A stretch of 64,000 nt of DNA, from contig CAZQWH010000002.1 of the NCBI GenBank assembly GCA_964597145.1, forward strand, positions 177,232-241,231, given 5' to 3'. Shown piece after piece: positions 50,447-60,480 of the stretch. The notes beneath the pieces are model-generated. The model searched no databases. It was not told the DNA's origin and saw only the letters and a program-made list of their open reading frames with translations. Origin of the DNA: an uncultured Candidatus Saccharibacteria bacterium (GTDB lineage: Bacteria > Patescibacteriota > CAZHWT01). The position numbers and the translations under genes were made by a program. How positions within the stretch are numbered: position 1 is the first letter of the stretch; every line of letters begins with the position of its first letter.

Positions 50447-50472
50447 ATACCTCGTTTCGGCGAGGTATTTTG
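50447..50472 (+). terminator. Rho-independent terminator (atacctcg / cgaggtat, then TTTT)
   Basis: Read directly. Confidence 0.6.
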
Positions 50473-50554
50473 CTGTCTGATCCTCGATATTTGACTAAAG
50501 AACTCGTGCTATAATACCCGCGAGCAATTCTGCTCTCAGAAGAGGGACCGAGGC

Positions 50555-51169
50555 ATGGACAGACAAAGAGTTCCATATCATGTAGAAGATCCACGGCTTC
50601 AGAGGTGGGTCGCCAAAGGCCTATGGCCAGATTGTCCTGATTGTCATGGATTGTTGGCCGCTAGAGTGGGGCCAATACCACCGCTCTTTCCCAGAGATGA
50701 CGAAGTAATTGATCCAGTGGAGATTCCGTTTCCCTGTCCTACCTGTCAGAAAAGAACGATCGAAGCGGGCTTTGAAATACCTCGGCATTTCTGGAGTCGC
50801 GGACCAAGCGTACTCTATGGCACCTGGCCAGACTGTCCGTCATGTGCAGGGGCAGGCGGAAGATGGTACAAGTCGAGCTGGGATGGCCATCGTTCAGAGC
50901 GAGACTTGGATCATTGCCGAAATTGCAGGGCCAGAACGAGAAAATTTCAACTCAGCCACCCAACTGAACTGGACCACATCTTAGAGCAGCAGGAAGAGGA
51001 GGCTCGGTCACATCTCACCAGCTGGCACCGTTTGCACCAAGAGCTAAAAGAGACTGAATCGATCCTGAAAGAACTCAACCAGAAGCACAGCAACCAGCTT
51101 CGTGAGCCCACCGAACAGCTATGGAAACAGCTACGCTCATCAAGATTGGTAGGCTCTGACTCCAGCTGA
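50555..51169 (+). CDS. Hypothetical Cys- and Trp-rich protein with four CxxC pairs (CPDCHG, CPTCQ, CPSCAG, CRNCRA): zinc-ribbon-like
   Basis: ORF with its own terminator; about 9 Trp in 204 aa. Confidence 0.5.
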   Translation: MDRQRVPYHVEDPRLQRWVAKGLWPDCPDCHGLLAARVGPIPPLFPRDDEVIDPVEIPFPCPTCQKRTIEAGFEIPRHFWSRGPSVLYGTWPDCPSCAGAGGRWYKSSWDGHRSERDLDHCRNCRARTRKFQLSHPTELDHILEQQEEEARSHLTSWHRLHQELKETESILKELNQKHSNQLREPTEQLWKQLRSSRLVGSDSS

Positions 51170-51264
51170 GCTGGAAGAAGTACAAGCCCGACGTCAAGTC
51201 GAACTTGGTGTCTTACTCTTCTAGGCAACCAACACCACTAGACTAAAGGTAATTCTCACTTATC

Positions 51265-51292
51265 AGCGCTCTGAATCTCAGGGCGCTTTTTT
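51265..51292 (+). terminator. Rho-independent terminator (gcgctctga / tcagggcgc, then T6)
   Basis: Read directly. Confidence 0.65.
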
Positions 51293-51303
51293 ATACCTCA
51301 TTT

Positions 51304-53493
51304 TTAACGTTTAAATAATTTACCAAATATACCCTTACGTGGTTGGGGTTCAGCTTCAAGCTGCGGCTCGTACCTCTGACTATCATTTTGAGGCTCTACA
51401 TGGCCTTCAGCGGCAGCTTGATCAGCGCCACCTAGATTAGTCACGTCTTCTAATGCTTGGCTGCTCTGAGCGGCTTCTGTCGCCCAGGATTGGTCGGGCG
51501 ATACTTCGTCGCTGATTGCATCCTCCGGCTGAGTCGTATTCGGCGCTAGCCCTGCTGACTTGGTCTGCTTATAAATCTGGTACAAACGCATAAATTCACT
51601 TGCGATCCGATTTTTAGCCTGCAAACGAGTCGCGTCACGTTTATGGTAATCAGAAATAGCATCCCAGAATACAGCACTGCCGGCAGCATAGCCAATCACT
51701 CCTGGAATAGTAGCGCAGGTCGTAATAGCTTCGGCAATTTGTTGGCTGTTAGCATCGTAATCAGAAATAATAATACCAACATTATCACGGCCGTCCTTAC
51801 GAATTTCCCCTATCAGCTTGCGATACACTGTTGGGTCCGTGAAGTGACCAAACATCCACACATCCGGCTCAATCCCCGCTTGGTGAAAGTCCTGAACTAT
51901 TTTAAACTGTAAACCTGGCAGAGTAGTTTTTTTGAACATCTCCTGACTGTCTTGCACTTTTTCTAGCTGGGCTTTATTTGGTCGAGTAATTATTTCCAAC
52001 AACAACTTATAGCCATGCTGGTGGCAATAATCACTTAATTGCTTTAATTTCTCTTGCTGAGCTTTACGCACTGCTAGGGTATCAGCTGGATTATAAAAAA
52101 CTAAACCTTTAACAAAAGTTGGTTTATACTTCTCAATATGGGATTGGAAATCATCAGGATAAGTAAATTCAAATGGTTGTTTACCGCTTTTTTCAACCGG
52201 TAAGATCACGGCCATATTCTCTCGGTTCGCCAAGTTAATAATTTCATGACCAAACTGTTCGTCTACCATAATTGCTGCGTCAGGCTGAGGTAGCCCCAAA
52301 GCGATAGCCTCTTTGAACGCTTCATAAACCACCATCTTATCATCAGAGAGATGCGCCGACTGTTCTGCATTGAGCGCATCCACCGGCAAATTGAAGCATT
52401 GTTTAGCTAGGGAAGTTCGGTGATCAAAGGGCAGGACGATTAATGGTTCATCGCAACCTAAGCTGACCAATAACGGATCACCTTCGGTTTCAATTTGCTG
52501 TCGGTCAAGTAGCCCTGGTTGTGCCCCAACTCTTCCTACCACCGACGCAGCATTTTTAGCTCCCCAATACATGGCAACTTGCAAAGATTTCCCAGCTAAA
52601 GCCGCCCCAATTACGCCAGTCGCAAAACTATCACCTGCTCCAGTACGTTCTACCACCGTCGCTGGAACTAAACCTTGCTCAAAACAACGGCCATCCTCGG
52701 CCCGAGCATAGGAGCCATTTTTACCATCGGTAATAACCACAATCTTCGGCCCCAAGGATGCCATTTCCTCCATCAAGGTCTGAACCGGCATTTTATCGTA
52801 GTTCTTCTTGGGTTGAGCACTTTTCAGCACGCTCTTAGCTTCTTCCAGGTTTAAAAACAAGATATGGGCATGCTTAAGAACATTCCAAAATACTTCACCT
52901 TTTTCCGACAACTGTCGCGTCCCTGGGTTAAAAGCAATTGGCACTTGATTGGCCAAAGCAAAGTCGAGCACCACTTGGTATGCTTTATCCCAGATACCGC
53001 CTAGACTGGTTAAATAAAGCAACCGAGTAGCTATACTGGCGTTAAAGTCAAACTCATGCTCATGAGCTGCATGCTGAGAAAACAGTGTCCTATCCCCCTT
53101 AAGATTCATGATGACTGATGATGAAGTGGGCTTACCTGGTGTTTGCAGAATAAGTTGAGTATTAACCTTCTCCTGAGTCAGATTTTTCAAGACTTGGTCG
53201 GCATAGAAATCATCACCCAATTCCACCATTAGGGCCACTTTATACCCCAGGCGCGATAAGCCCACCGAGACATTTTGGGCATTGCCTCCCATATGGACTT
53301 CCGAAGATTCTACCGTAATTTTTTCACCGTAACGAAAACAGAGCTCTTTAGTCTTTAAATTAAGACGCCATTTAGGGTCATTTTCAACCAGATTTAAAAA
53401 AGTATCGGCACTAGCACCGCCAACCGCTATTAGGTCAAATTGATTAGCTGGAAGTGATTGGTCTTCAGGGTTGTAGTCTGGGGCAGCATTCAT
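51304..53493 (-). CDS. PfkB-family sugar kinase fused to a roughly 280-aa C-terminal domain (long-IolC/DUF2090-like architecture) and a Gln/Glu/Pro-rich tail
   Basis: PfkB motifs (GGASADT..., RTGAGDSFATG); the C-terminal domain assignment is inferred. Confidence 0.55.
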   Translation of the reverse strand: MNAAPDYNPEDQSLPANQFDLIAVGGASADTFLNLVENDPKWRLNLKTKELCFRYGEKITVESSEVHMGGNAQNVSVGLSRLGYKVALMVELGDDFYADQVLKNLTQEKVNTQLILQTPGKPTSSSVIMNLKGDRTLFSQHAAHEHEFDFNASIATRLLYLTSLGGIWDKAYQVVLDFALANQVPIAFNPGTRQLSEKGEVFWNVLKHAHILFLNLEEAKSVLKSAQPKKNYDKMPVQTLMEEMASLGPKIVVITDGKNGSYARAEDGRCFEQGLVPATVVERTGAGDSFATGVIGAALAGKSLQVAMYWGAKNAASVVGRVGAQPGLLDRQQIETEGDPLLVSLGCDEPLIVLPFDHRTSLAKQCFNLPVDALNAEQSAHLSDDKMVVYEAFKEAIALGLPQPDAAIMVDEQFGHEIINLANRENMAVILPVEKSGKQPFEFTYPDDFQSHIEKYKPTFVKGLVFYNPADTLAVRKAQQEKLKQLSDYCHQHGYKLLLEIITRPNKAQLEKVQDSQEMFKKTTLPGLQFKIVQDFHQAGIEPDVWMFGHFTDPTVYRKLIGEIRKDGRDNVGIIISDYDANSQQIAEAITTCATIPGVIGYAAGSAVFWDAISDYHKRDATRLQAKNRIASEFMRLYQIYKQTKSAGLAPNTTQPEDAISDEVSPDQSWATEAAQSSQALEDVTNLGGADQAAAEGHVEPQNDSQRYEPQLEAEPQPRKGIFGKLFKR

Positions 53494-53865
53494 AGTATCT
53501 GTCGAAATAATATCTGATAGGTAGTAAGGTTATACTACTGTTTTTTACCATCTCTGGCAAGCTTAAGGCCCATGGCTGACAGAGTCGGGCAGCATGCGGT
53601 TCTGCAAATGTATCCGCGTGCTGCGAATTTTATTCGTCATCCCTGCAAAGATCTTCAACCTTGCAGCAAAACCTCAGTCTCAGACTCGAAGATCAAGAAC
53701 TAGAGTCGTTATAGCTAGCTCAATACCTTAATTCCTACCTTCAAGGGAATTAAACAATCATAAAATTTGTTCCACTTACGACTTACCATACAGCCCTCCG
53801 CCAGCCCATCCAATAGAATCATTACTCAGTTGCTATTGCTGATATTTTACTGAGTTAATTTAATG

Positions 53866-53891
53866 TAATTATATAATATATTATATAATTA
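53866..53891. repeat. Copy 3 of the 26-bp perfect palindrome taattatataatatattatataatta
   Basis: Exact match. Confidence 0.9.
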
Positions 53892-53897
53892 AAATTT

Positions 53898-53935
53898 AAC
53901 ACCTCGGGAGTGTTAATCCCAGTACACCATTACAG
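53898..53935 (+). repeat. Solo REP-like hairpin repeat (taacacctcgggagtgttaatcccagtacaccatta), homologous to the terminal repeats of the 58.4-59.2 kb transposase unit
   Basis: About 85% identity to 58353-58388; hairpin ACACC-tcggg-GGTGT. Confidence 0.65.
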
Positions 53936-54417
53936 CCAGATCCTCAATCACACCTACCTGGCTTTCGTCTATTGTATCTAGAAGAGCAGCCCCTTACATA
54001 TCACCACAGTTTTCTCAGGGCTAATTTACATATTGAAATAGCATTCTTATGCTCTGAAGTCAGAAGGACGCGTATTCGTTCATACCCATTTGGAATAAAT
54101 ACACCATCCCAACCAAGCATTTCAGACTTAAGGTGGCCGTCAATTATGTCCCCTATCATTCCTTCGGCTTAGCTTGAATACGTTGCCATTTTGATAAGCA
54201 CCACAGTCTTAGCAATCGTTACCCTATTCTGCTCATCATCGAACACAGTTACCGTACCTAGTGATAACCTTCAAGCGCTTTAGATTTGATTGCTTCTTCA
54301 ATGGCCCAAGTTCAAGCAGAACCAGCTTAATGTACTCCTGTTCCAAGCCAAGTAGGCGCTTTATACTCCCCTCAGCTTGTTGGTATTCGTAATGGTAAAA
54401 TGGGCTAACTTTTTTAG

Positions 54418-54930
54418 TTACTCCATTGTCGCGATTTCAACAATTTCAGCTTGATTCGTTTCAGTGTCCCACACAGCATAACTGGCTACCCCAGTTAACC
54501 AACCCCAAACCTCTCCCGGATTGAGCAGCAACGTGCCGTTTTTCAGGGTTTCTTGGAAGCGCTGATGATCGTGGCCATAGAATACCGCAGTATAGTTGCC
54601 AGAGGCAGCTACATCCTTAGCAATCTGAGGGTAATGAGTGACAAAGACTTTTTTATCCTCAAATGTGTAGACGTCAAACTCATTATCACCAAAGGTTACC
54701 CGACCTTCACTGTCTAGAGCAGCTTTAAGCATCCGGCCTCGATCTCCATCGTTATTGCCGTAAATACAGAAACAACGTAGCCCCGAACTCACCAACTGAC
54801 GCACGGTTGGCGGTGCACAAAAATCACCCAGCACTAAAGCTTGGTCTATGCCTTGCTTCTTAACTTGACTAAGTACCACATCAAGATTGGCCTTTTGGTC
54901 ATGAATGTCTGATAAAATAGCAATTTTTAT
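54418..54930 (-). CDS. YfcE-like metallophosphoesterase; probable true start at a non-canonical ATA (54930) overlapping the upstream stop (ATAA)
   Basis: LVLGDFCAP, IYGNNDGD, VFYGHDHQ motifs. The extension adds the first motif KIAILSDIHD. A GGGAG RBS precedes the ATA. The ORF-track start GTG 54879 would truncate motif I. Confidence 0.6.
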   Translation of the reverse strand: MKIAILSDIHDQKANLDVVLSQVKKQGIDQALVLGDFCAPPTVRQLVSSGLRCFCIYGNNDGDRGRMLKAALDSEGRVTFGDNEFDVYTFEDKKVFVTHYPQIAKDVAASGNYTAVFYGHDHQRFQETLKNGTLLLNPGEVWGWLTGVASYAVWDTETNQAEIVEIATME

Positions 54931-55826
54931 GAATTACTCCCTTCGTTCTTAAATAGACTAACCGCTGTATCCCACAGTTCAGGCCTCCCCTGTTGCTTAT
55001 GCCACAGCCAGTATTCATATCCCCAGAATAACACAGCCTCAGGTTGTAGCTCAATTGCCCGAATAAAACTCCGGCTAAGGTGCTGTGGACTCATGCTCGG
55101 TGGAGAGCTTACCCATTTTTGATTATGATCACGTTCCCAAGCATCTCCTTGCAATTCCGTAATCCACACCGGCTTAGGTTGACTGGCAATCCATCGTTTC
55201 AGTTGCCAATCAAAAAAGTAAGGCCCATGATAGCCAAACCATTTAGCAGGTTGGCGGTAATAAAGATCGATACCCATCACATCAGCCAGAGACATAACTT
55301 CGCCATAATCGGCTCGACGAATAATATTGTTCCCCCAAAAGTTGAGGTGAATTGGCCGTTTAGGATCGAGTTGACGGACCAAGCTAACCTCTGATGCTAA
55401 CATCGGTAGCGGAATTGCCATCTTGAGGTTGCCACCTACATCGAGTGGTTCATTTTCGACTTGCCATGCCAGAAGTGAAGATAAGCCTTTATACCGGTTA
55501 ACTACTTTGGAAATAAACTGGTGAGTTTGTTCGGTAACTTGCTCTAGGTTGCGACCAGATAGCCATTGCGGCAGATAAAACTCGGGCCAGCGCGGCGCTT
55601 TCATGCCAACGGTTAGCACAATATCAAGCTTACAAGATTGAAGATGGTCAAGGGTCTGGTCGAGCGCGTCAAAATCCCATGTATCCGGCTGAGGTTGAAT
55701 TTGGTTCCAAAGTGCTCCAACTCGAACCGTGTCGATATTCAGTTCAGATATCAAGTTAAGAGCTTGAGCCGGATTAAGACCTCGTTTAATAACTTCGTGG
55801 CCAAGGTAGGTAATACCTAGACGCAT
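54927..55826 (-). CDS. TIM-barrel glycoside hydrolase (GH5/GH113-like)
   Basis: WQVENEP (acid/base NEP) and WITELQ (nucleophile) motifs. Confidence 0.5.
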   Translation of the reverse strand: MRLGITYLGHEVIKRGLNPAQALNLISELNIDTVRVGALWNQIQPQPDTWDFDALDQTLDHLQSCKLDIVLTVGMKAPRWPEFYLPQWLSGRNLEQVTEQTHQFISKVVNRYKGLSSLLAWQVENEPLDVGGNLKMAIPLPMLASEVSLVRQLDPKRPIHLNFWGNNIIRRADYGEVMSLADVMGIDLYYRQPAKWFGYHGPYFFDWQLKRWIASQPKPVWITELQGDAWERDHNQKWVSSPPSMSPQHLSRSFIRAIELQPEAVLFWGYEYWLWHKQQGRPELWDTAVSLFKNEGSNS

Positions 55827-55832
55827 ATCCGA

Positions 55833-57317
55833 CTACACCACCTTGGTCCAGGTTGTGCCAGCTGGTCCATCTTCGACTTCTACTCCGGTCTTGGCTAACA
55901 TTCCACGCAACTCGTCGGCTAGTTTCCAATTCTTATCCTCTCGTGCCTGCTTGCGGCGCTCAAGTAGTTCTACCTCTTCGGATGTGAGCTGTACTAACTG
56001 AACATTATCAGCAGTTTGAGAATGGGTGGTCGAATGCACATTGAGTGCTACCGTTCCACTTGCTTGGACATAATCGATTAGGTTAAGACCAAAAACTACA
56101 TCAAAGTGGTTCATAGTCGATCTCTTAATATCAGAGGGTATCTTTTCATCATTAACCATTGTCCACATAACCGAAAGCGCACCAGGCATATCAAGGTCGT
56201 TATTAATCGTAGCTTGAAATAGTTGAAGGTAATTTAGGTCTGGTTGAGCTGATGCTCCGTCCCATTTACCCACTGCCCGCTTGAGGTTCTTGTATGTAGT
56301 TGCTGCTACTTGCAGCCGTTTCCAATCAAAATCCAGAACCGAACGGTAATGCGCGGTCAGACAAAAATAGCGGTAATCAAGCGGCGTAAACCCATGATCA
56401 AGAATGGTTTGAAGGCGATAAAAGTTATCCTTAGATTTAGACATTTTATCGCCTGAAATATTCAGAAACTCCCCATGTAGCCAATAATGGGCAAACTTCT
56501 TACCAGTAGCCGCCACCGATTGGGCAATTTCATTGGGATGATGAGTGCCAATATGGTCAACGCCGCCAGTATGAATATCGAACTCTTGACCTAAATATTT
56601 CATCGAAATAGCTGAACATTCAATATGCCAACCGGGGAAGCCTTCACCCCACGGACTAGGCCAATGCATAGAGTGCCGAGCATGCTCGTCAACGGTAAAT
56701 AACCACAAGGCAAAATCGGCCGGATGGCGTTTGCCTGGATCTTCATTCACCTCAGAGCGAACAGCAACCTGCTTTTGGTCGAGCTTTTGCCCAGAAAACT
56801 CCCAGTAATGAGGAAAAGTCGAAACGTCGAAGTAAATTGCCTTATCAGTAATGTAGGCTGAGTGCTTATCGAGTAATTGTTGGATCAACCGCTGCTGAGC
56901 TTCAATCTCATCGGTAGCCTTAGCAATTATAGTTGGCGGCAAAATGTTGAGCGCAGCCATATCTTTAAAAAATTGCTCCTGGTAAAACCCAGCCACTTCC
57001 CACACTGTTTTTCCCTGCTTTCGCGCCCCCTTCTCTATCTTGTCCTCACCCTCATCCGCATCTGAGGTCAGGTGCCCCACGTCAGTCACGTTCATCACCT
57101 GCTTTACCTCTAAATCATTAAATTCCAGCATCCGGCGCAAAACATCGTCAAAGATATAGGTGCGTAAGTTGCCAATATGAGCGTAGTCATAGACGGTTGG
57201 CCCGCAGGTATACAGGCCAACATGACCCGGTTGAATGGGTTTGAATAGTTCAATAGAGCGTGAAGCGGTGTTGTAGAGCTTGATAGGAGGCCTGTTGGTT
57301 CTTGTTTCTTGGTGCAT
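55833..57317 (-). CDS. cysS: Cysteinyl-tRNA synthetase
   Basis: HIGN and KMSKS motifs; zinc Cys ligands. Confidence 0.9.
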   Translation of the reverse strand: MHQETRTNRPPIKLYNTASRSIELFKPIQPGHVGLYTCGPTVYDYAHIGNLRTYIFDDVLRRMLEFNDLEVKQVMNVTDVGHLTSDADEGEDKIEKGARKQGKTVWEVAGFYQEQFFKDMAALNILPPTIIAKATDEIEAQQRLIQQLLDKHSAYITDKAIYFDVSTFPHYWEFSGQKLDQKQVAVRSEVNEDPGKRHPADFALWLFTVDEHARHSMHWPSPWGEGFPGWHIECSAISMKYLGQEFDIHTGGVDHIGTHHPNEIAQSVAATGKKFAHYWLHGEFLNISGDKMSKSKDNFYRLQTILDHGFTPLDYRYFCLTAHYRSVLDFDWKRLQVAATTYKNLKRAVGKWDGASAQPDLNYLQLFQATINNDLDMPGALSVMWTMVNDEKIPSDIKRSTMNHFDVVFGLNLIDYVQASGTVALNVHSTTHSQTADNVQLVQLTSEEVELLERRKQAREDKNWKLADELRGMLAKTGVEVEDGPAGTTWTKVV

Positions 57318-57429
57318 AGTTCAGGATTATACCCTGATAATTACCGTCTGTCATTGATAAAATTTTCACATATGTGTTATATAAGGTTAAGTTCAGACAC
57401 TTTGTCTGGAGAGTGACAGGAGTTGAGAG

Positions 57430-57750
57430 ATGCTCGTTACCATAATACAGTCCGGAGGGGTTACAGGAATAAGGTACGGACTCAGCCTAAACACGGACGA
57501 CCTGCCAGCCGAAGCTGCTGCCGAGATATACCAACTGGTTGCTGACTGCGATTTTTTCTCTTTGCCCAGGTCAATTCACTTTAACGATGGCCGAGATGGC
57601 TTCTTGTATACGGTGTCGGTGACCAGTGATGAGCAATCCCATGAGATTATATTCAACCCTTCGGCCATATCGGTTCCGGATGAGCTAAAGAGACTGATAG
57701 TGCTAGCGAGTCAACATGCTAAAATGACTCCACTGGGTTGGAGTAGATAA
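57430..57750 (+). CDS. Hypothetical small protein (106 aa)
   Basis: ORF only. Confidence 0.35.
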   Translation: MLVTIIQSGGVTGIRYGLSLNTDDLPAEAAAEIYQLVADCDFFSLPRSIHFNDGRDGFLYTVSVTSDEQSHEIIFNPSAISVPDELKRLIVLASQHAKMTPLGWSR

Positions 57751-57808
57751 AACTGGGCGGAGTGATGACACGGCTGGATTTTGGGATCATTCTCAACTCC
57801 AGCCATTT

Positions 57809-58309
57809 TTATAACTCACCGGATGTTACCACATCGGGAGTGGTTATCTCATCCAGCTTGCCAACAATTCCGCCAGCATATTGAAAGGTGTATATATCCT
57901 TACCGCCTCGAGTAATTATTTCATCACCTTGAAAACAATCGACCGTACCGCGGCCACGACAAGTGTATTGATATTCACCATAATCCCTATAGACAGACTT
58001 CCAGATACGGGTAGTATCCCAGTTGTCTAATAGAGCTTTGCGCAACATTAAATCAGCCTCTGCCTCGGTCATTTTAGTAAAATCGCCAAAGTATGACATC
58101 GACCACATCGGAGTTCCTCCAATGTATATAGTCTCAATTCCCGGAAATATCCCATTTCCAATAGTGTAAATATCTCGATACAACCAATCACCATCAACAT
58201 ACTCAAGCTGCTTTGCCCCCGCCAAAAGCGACTCAACCTTCCCCCCTCCCGAAGCATAAGTTTGCGTCCGAGCCCGTAACAAAAATGATATAAGAAGACC
58301 TTTATTCAT
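57809..58309 (-). CDS. Hypothetical protein (166 aa) with a hydrophobic N-terminus
   Basis: ORF only. Confidence 0.45.
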   Translation of the reverse strand: MNKGLLISFLLRARTQTYASGGGKVESLLAGAKQLEYVDGDWLYRDIYTIGNGIFPGIETIYIGGTPMWSMSYFGDFTKMTEAEADLMLRKALLDNWDTTRIWKSVYRDYGEYQYTCRGRGTVDCFQGDEIITRGGKDIYTFQYAGGIVGKLDEITTPDVVTSGEL

Positions 58310-58352
58310 AAATACAAGCTTATCATATTATCAAATCCCCATCAGGGATGAT

Positions 58353-59201
58353 ATTACACCTCGGGGGTGTTTATCTCAGTACACCATTTTTTATATGCTC
58401 CATCCGACTCCCGGCATTATCCAGGATAGCCTCAACTATCTACGTCTATGAACAATTTCTGATTGTTGTGAAGGGATTTTTGATAGTCCGCATTGTCAAG
58501 TACAAACTCACGGTATGACTGGGTGGTTTCAAATGAGCTCAAAATACTCCCTGAGTCCACGAGCGGACCGTCATCTTGCCTATGCACCATCGATGACATT
58601 GAAGACCACTTAAAATCACAAATATCTTCTTGATGACGAACAATTCCTGAGGTGAATGGATTTAAATGAATATAGCGAGAGGTGTGGAGAAGTTGCCGTT
58701 CTGATTCCACTTTCACTGTTCTAAAAGCGCTCTCAAATAATGGTCCTCTGCGATGGTGATAGTCGTTAAAGTATCGAACAAAACTATTTTGGAATCTACC
58801 AATAAATATACTTATACCATTCTCTGCTTCTTGTCTGAGCAAGAAATGGAAGTGGTTGGGCATAAAGCAATAACTTAGTATGCTCACCAGCACTGGAGAA
58901 TATTTTAAAGTCCTGAGCGTATGATTTTTTGAGTTGTGTGTCTGGGAAAGAAAGTGCGAAAGTCGGATCGGCGGATTTGCATACCGATAATATTCAACAG
59001 CCTTCAAGGCCCTACTGCATTCTCTCGAACTAGTAAATATAGGCTGACGCTCAATGGATCGATTGAACGTGTGATAGACGTCGCCATTATGTAAAAGCGT
59101 TTTTCGATACGGCATACCAGACCTTTCTGGGCAGCATCGTATGTTGCTTATACCAGCCAGCATGAAATGGTGTCAAGAGATAAACACCCCCGAGGTGTAA
59201 T
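58353..59201. mobile_element. Second transposase-only unit: Y1/RAYT-like gene between perfect 25-bp inverted REP-like repeats (attacacctcgggggtgtttatctc)
   Basis: 58353-58377 and its exact reverse complement at 59177-59201. Confidence 0.75.
58432..59163 (-). CDS. Y1 (HuH) tyrosine transposase, RAYT/IS200-like; diverged paralogue of 32960..33622
   Basis: YHTFNRS..., PNHFHFLL (HuH), SRYIHLNP (Tyr). Confidence 0.75.
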   Translation of the reverse strand: MLAGISNIRCCPERSGMPYRKTLLHNGDVYHTFNRSIERQPIFTSSRECSRALKAVEYYRYANPPIRLSHFLSQTHNSKNHTLRTLKYSPVLVSILSYCFMPNHFHFLLRQEAENGISIFIGRFQNSFVRYFNDYHHRRGPLFESAFRTVKVESERQLLHTSRYIHLNPFTSGIVRHQEDICDFKWSSMSSMVHRQDDGPLVDSGSILSSFETTQSYREFVLDNADYQKSLHNNQKLFIDVDS

Positions 59202-59240
59202 ATATGTATGCTAATTATTGAATAGAAAAGATTGATATCC

Positions 59241-59840
59241 TTAGAGTTCCGAACGGCCCTCTAGGGCTCTGGTGAGAGTTACTTGATCGGCATATTCTAA
59301 GTCTCCACCAACCGGCAGACCACGGGCAATTCGGGTCATCTTTACCCCTAGTGGCTTGAGCAGCTTTGCGATATATAATGCGGTTGCTTCACCTTCCATG
59401 GTCGGGTTAGTCGCCACTACCACTTCAGAGATAGATTCTGTCTTTGTCCGCTGTTCTAGCTCGGCCATTTTAATCTCATTCGGCCCAATATTATTCAACG
59501 GAGATAAAGCCGCCCCCAGTACATGGTACACACCCTTAATCACCTCGGTACTCTCTAGGGCCACCACATCCAACGGCTCCTCAACCACAAAAATGGTTGA
59601 GTGGTCACGTTGAGGATCACTACAGATTTCACAAGGCGAGCTTTCAGCAATGTTAAAGCAATGCTGACAAATGACCGTTTTATCCTTTACCTCAATGATC
59701 GCCTGGGCTAATTTCTGAGCCTCATCACGAGGAGCTCGAAGTAAATGATAGGTTAAGCGTTGGGCACTTTTTGGTCCCACCGCCGGTAGTTTTTCCAGCT
59801 CATTAATTAAATTAAGAATCGGTTTAGCAAGTTTGGGCAT
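59241..59840 (-). CDS. recR: Recombination protein RecR
   Basis: C4 zinc finger CQHCFNIAESSPCEIC plus Toprim domain. Confidence 0.9.
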   Translation of the reverse strand: MPKLAKPILNLINELEKLPAVGPKSAQRLTYHLLRAPRDEAQKLAQAIIEVKDKTVICQHCFNIAESSPCEICSDPQRDHSTIFVVEEPLDVVALESTEVIKGVYHVLGAALSPLNNIGPNEIKMAELEQRTKTESISEVVVATNPTMEGEATALYIAKLLKPLGVKMTRIARGLPVGGDLEYADQVTLTRALEGRSEL

Positions 59841-59925
59841 GAATATAGAGATCGGGTGTCAGGTTTCTGGTGTCAGAATTTTTTAAGATAACAACACATC
59901 TAAAACCTGAAACCTGTAATCTTAT

Positions 59926-60240
59926 TTAGAATCCCGGCAATCCTAAGCCCCCGCCCATGCCTTGCAGCTTCTTCATCGCCATTTTTTGAGCTTCAAACAT
60001 AGCCTGGTTAATAGCATCTTTTAAGCCAAATTCCAGCTTTTCGTGTGACTGGTTGGTCATCCATTCCGGATCAATAGCAATCGATTGAATCTTTTGATCG
60101 CCACGAATTACAATCTTAATTGCCCCACCAGCATACGTGTGCTCTAGTACTTCAGACTCTAAAGCCTTCTGCATTTGTTGCGCTTGCTTGCGCATATCGT
60201 TTAATTGGCCAACCTGCTTGGCCTTATCCATTAATCCCAT
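59926..60240 (-). CDS. ybaB: Nucleoid-associated protein YbaB/EbfC
   Basis: Family-typical 104 aa with C-terminal GMGGGLGLPGF; in dnaX-ybaB-recR order. Confidence 0.85.
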   Translation of the reverse strand: MGLMDKAKQVGQLNDMRKQAQQMQKALESEVLEHTYAGGAIKIVIRGDQKIQSIAIDPEWMTNQSHEKLEFGLKDAINQAMFEAQKMAMKKLQGMGGGLGLPGF

Positions 60241-60480
60241 AAAAACCTCCCATAAAATATATCTAAACTATTATAACTTACTTCAGTAGCGCTAGCGAGA
60301 TACAGGCTTGCGCGTTTAAGGCGCAAAGATAAAGGCCTAGCTATCCAAGAGTTAAAACTCATGATAGCCCGATGTTAACGCAGTATTCCCCCAAGCCGAA
60401 TAAGGTCAATACGTCGTTGGTGGTGTTCTGGAACAGCTTTCTGCGTTATCCCCTAACCCTTACCTTCTAATTTTTTATTT

